A stretch of 63,248 nucleotides of DNA, filler included, from an uncultured Methanosarcinales archaeon (GTDB taxonomy: Archaea; Nanobdellota; Nanobdellia; Woesearchaeales; CAYZNE01), in NCBI GenBank assembly GCA_964405295.1. It is 22 parts of 22 records of this genome, joined end to end, with 100 filler letters (N's around TTAATTAATTAA, not from the genome) between each part and the next. Parts side by side here need not be neighbours in the genome. Positions count along the whole stretch, not along the records: positions 60,742 to 63,248 come from CAYONI010000098.1; 21 more parts are not named here. One strand, 5' to 3'. Below, piece by piece: positions 61,718-63,248 of this stretch. The position numbers were made by a program, and so were the translations under genes. Numbering within the stretch: position 1 is the first letter of the stretch; every line of letters starts with the position of its first letter. A model generated the notes under the pieces. The model worked only from the letters and a program-made list of their open reading frames with translations, was not told the origin of the DNA and did not search any database.

Positions 61718-63132
61718 GAATATATTATCACATATTAATGGTGAACAATTGGGAAGAGGTTGTTAAAGAACAGCTTTCACTTATTAAATCATCTGGACTA
61801 TATAACAAGATAGACAGCATTAACATAGGAGCATTGGGACATGGACTGCCAAGACTAAAACAGATACTGAAAGCCTATCCAAAAGCCATAGTGAGGGCAC
61901 ACAGCCTTAACAAGAAACATTATGAATACTACACATTACAGCTATTGTACGATGACTGTATGAATGGTGATCTGTTTCAAGGACTATATATGCACACTAA
62001 GGGTGTTAGCTTTCCTAAAATTAGTGGAGGGAAATATTGGCGTGACTATATGGGACATTATAACATAACTAAACATCAGGGGTGTATTGACAAACTATCT
62101 ATGGGATATAGTCTGTGTGGTGTTAAATTCTTAGAATGGAACGGAAAACCACACTACTCAGGCAACTTCTTTTGGTTTAACAGCGTATATATCCAATCAC
62201 TAAAATCAGTTGATACACTAAACCAGAAAGATAGATTTCAAGCTGAGTTTTGGTCTTGTTCTAATAATGGGCTATTTGCCAATATGTCTAATGAACATGT
62301 AGATTATGACACTAAGGGAACTTTTGCCCCTCCTACCAATTACGTACATACATTAGCCTACAATCTTGTTAGTGAGACTGAGAAGTCGGTTAAATTGTTG
62401 TATGAGCTTAACGACAAAGCCAGTTTTAAACATGTTATTGTTGATTTAGGCTTTCCTCTTGAAGAAGGGAATGTGATTCCTGATGATATTGAACAATCTA
62501 AGAGAAACAACACCAAAAAACTAAAGGCACTAGCTAAGAAATATGGTAGTCTGTATTATAAAACAGAGAATGTAGGTGTTAGTCAGAATTGGACTGCTGC
62601 ATATAAATATTGTAAGCTAAATGCTAATGATGTCTTAATAGGGCTTGACCCTGATGAGCATACACAATGTAAAGGGTGGGTGGCTGCTATGGCTGCCTTA
62701 CTACGTAGTAAACATAAGATTGGACTTGCCATCCTCTCAACGGCAAAACAAGTTAGACAGCAGAGGGGAAAAGCAATTTCTGCTAGTGGCTATAAAGGGG
62801 TAATCCCAAGAGGTTTTTATGCGTGGGCATTAATAGGCTTTAGGGGAGATTTCATAGAAGCTATGGGTGGGAAGATTCCTGTTCCTAAAAATGCTGAACG
62901 CTATGGGTGGATTGAAAATGAGGTGACTAAGGCTTTAACTAAAACTAAATTTAATTGCTGCCTTCTCCCCGACTACACTGTTAAACATACAGACTACACA
63001 TTAAAGAGTGAGGGGAGTAGTAAGCTGTTAAGGGAATGGAAGAATTTGATTGTGCATCAGATAAAGAAATATGGGCAGCCTAGTCTAGACGAATATTTAG
63101 TTAGGAAAAGGAAGGGAGAACACTTCAACTAA
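61714..63132 (+). CDS. Two-domain putative glycosyltransferase
   Basis: ATGA-coupled to the epimerase. The N-domain has YEYYTL, YMHTKG and HYSGNFFW. The C-domain has GT-A-like VIVDLG, ENVGVSQNW and GLDPD. Confidence 0.6.
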   Translation: MRIYYHILMVNNWEEVVKEQLSLIKSSGLYNKIDSINIGALGHGLPRLKQILKAYPKAIVRAHSLNKKHYEYYTLQLLYDDCMNGDLFQGLYMHTKGVSFPKISGGKYWRDYMGHYNITKHQGCIDKLSMGYSLCGVKFLEWNGKPHYSGNFFWFNSVYIQSLKSVDTLNQKDRFQAEFWSCSNNGLFANMSNEHVDYDTKGTFAPPTNYVHTLAYNLVSETEKSVKLLYELNDKASFKHVIVDLGFPLEEGNVIPDDIEQSKRNNTKKLKALAKKYGSLYYKTENVGVSQNWTAAYKYCKLNANDVLIGLDPDEHTQCKGWVAAMAALLRSKHKIGLAILSTAKQVRQQRGKAISASGYKGVIPRGFYAWALIGFRGDFIEAMGGKIPVPKNAERYGWIENEVTKALTKTKFNCCLLPDYTVKHTDYTLKSEGSSKLLREWKNLIVHQIKKYGQPSLDEYLVRKRKGEHFN

Positions 63133-63149
63133 ACTATAACTAAAAATAC

Positions 63150-63180
63150 TTGACATTCTGATTTAGATGTCGTATGTTTG
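63150..63180 (+). promoter_or_regulatory. Putative promoter
   Basis: TTGACA-17 nt-TATGTT. The -10 region also matches the Bacteroidota TAnnTTTG motif (TATGTTTG). Confidence 0.5.
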
Positions 63181-63204
63181 CATTGTGGTTTTTTAAGGGT
63201 TATT

Positions 63205-63239
63205 AAAAGTGCCGGGTCTCCCGATCTCGCACTTTTTTT
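63205..63239 (+). terminator. Intrinsic terminator
   Basis: AAAAGTGC...GCACTTTT stem ending in a T run. Confidence 0.6.
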
Positions 63240-63248
63240 ATTTATCCT

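Overview
This window is not one locus. It is 22 unrelated metagenomic contigs of about 2.5-3.1 kb, sorted by decreasing length and joined by 100-nt N/TTAATTAATTAA spacers. Contig spans: 1-3093, 3194-6224, 6325-9324, 9425-12414, 12515-15461, 15562-18482, 18583-21496, 21597-24490, 24591-27480, 27581-30468, 30569-33396, 33497-36276, 36377-39116, 39217-41904, 42005-44629, 44730-47334, 47435-50026, 50127-52705, 52806-55376, 55477-58023, 58124-60641, 60742-63248. Contents include a RIT-like tyrosine-recombinase trio, two complete IS66 elements, type I R-M genes (hsdS end, hsdR), housekeeping and transport genes (guaC, gltX, ABC transporters, 5'-nucleotidase) and about ten phage-like fragments (giant virion proteins, tail fibres, replication initiator with iterons, primase-helicase, YqaJ/RecT, dUTPase/guanylate kinase, jumbo-phage-like SbcD/DnaB, sugar-modification genes). 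The most unusual signal is contig 30569-33396, probably archaeal. There, single genes with their own TATA-type promoters form tandem units joined at a conserved TAAC-AG-N8/9-AA-GTTA junction. Each complete unit is enclosed by its own unit-specific inverted-repeat pair and ends in a hairpin cluster. This looks like a gene-cassette array whose site geometry differs from canonical integron attC sites. All family assignments come from motif recognition by eye, not from database searches.
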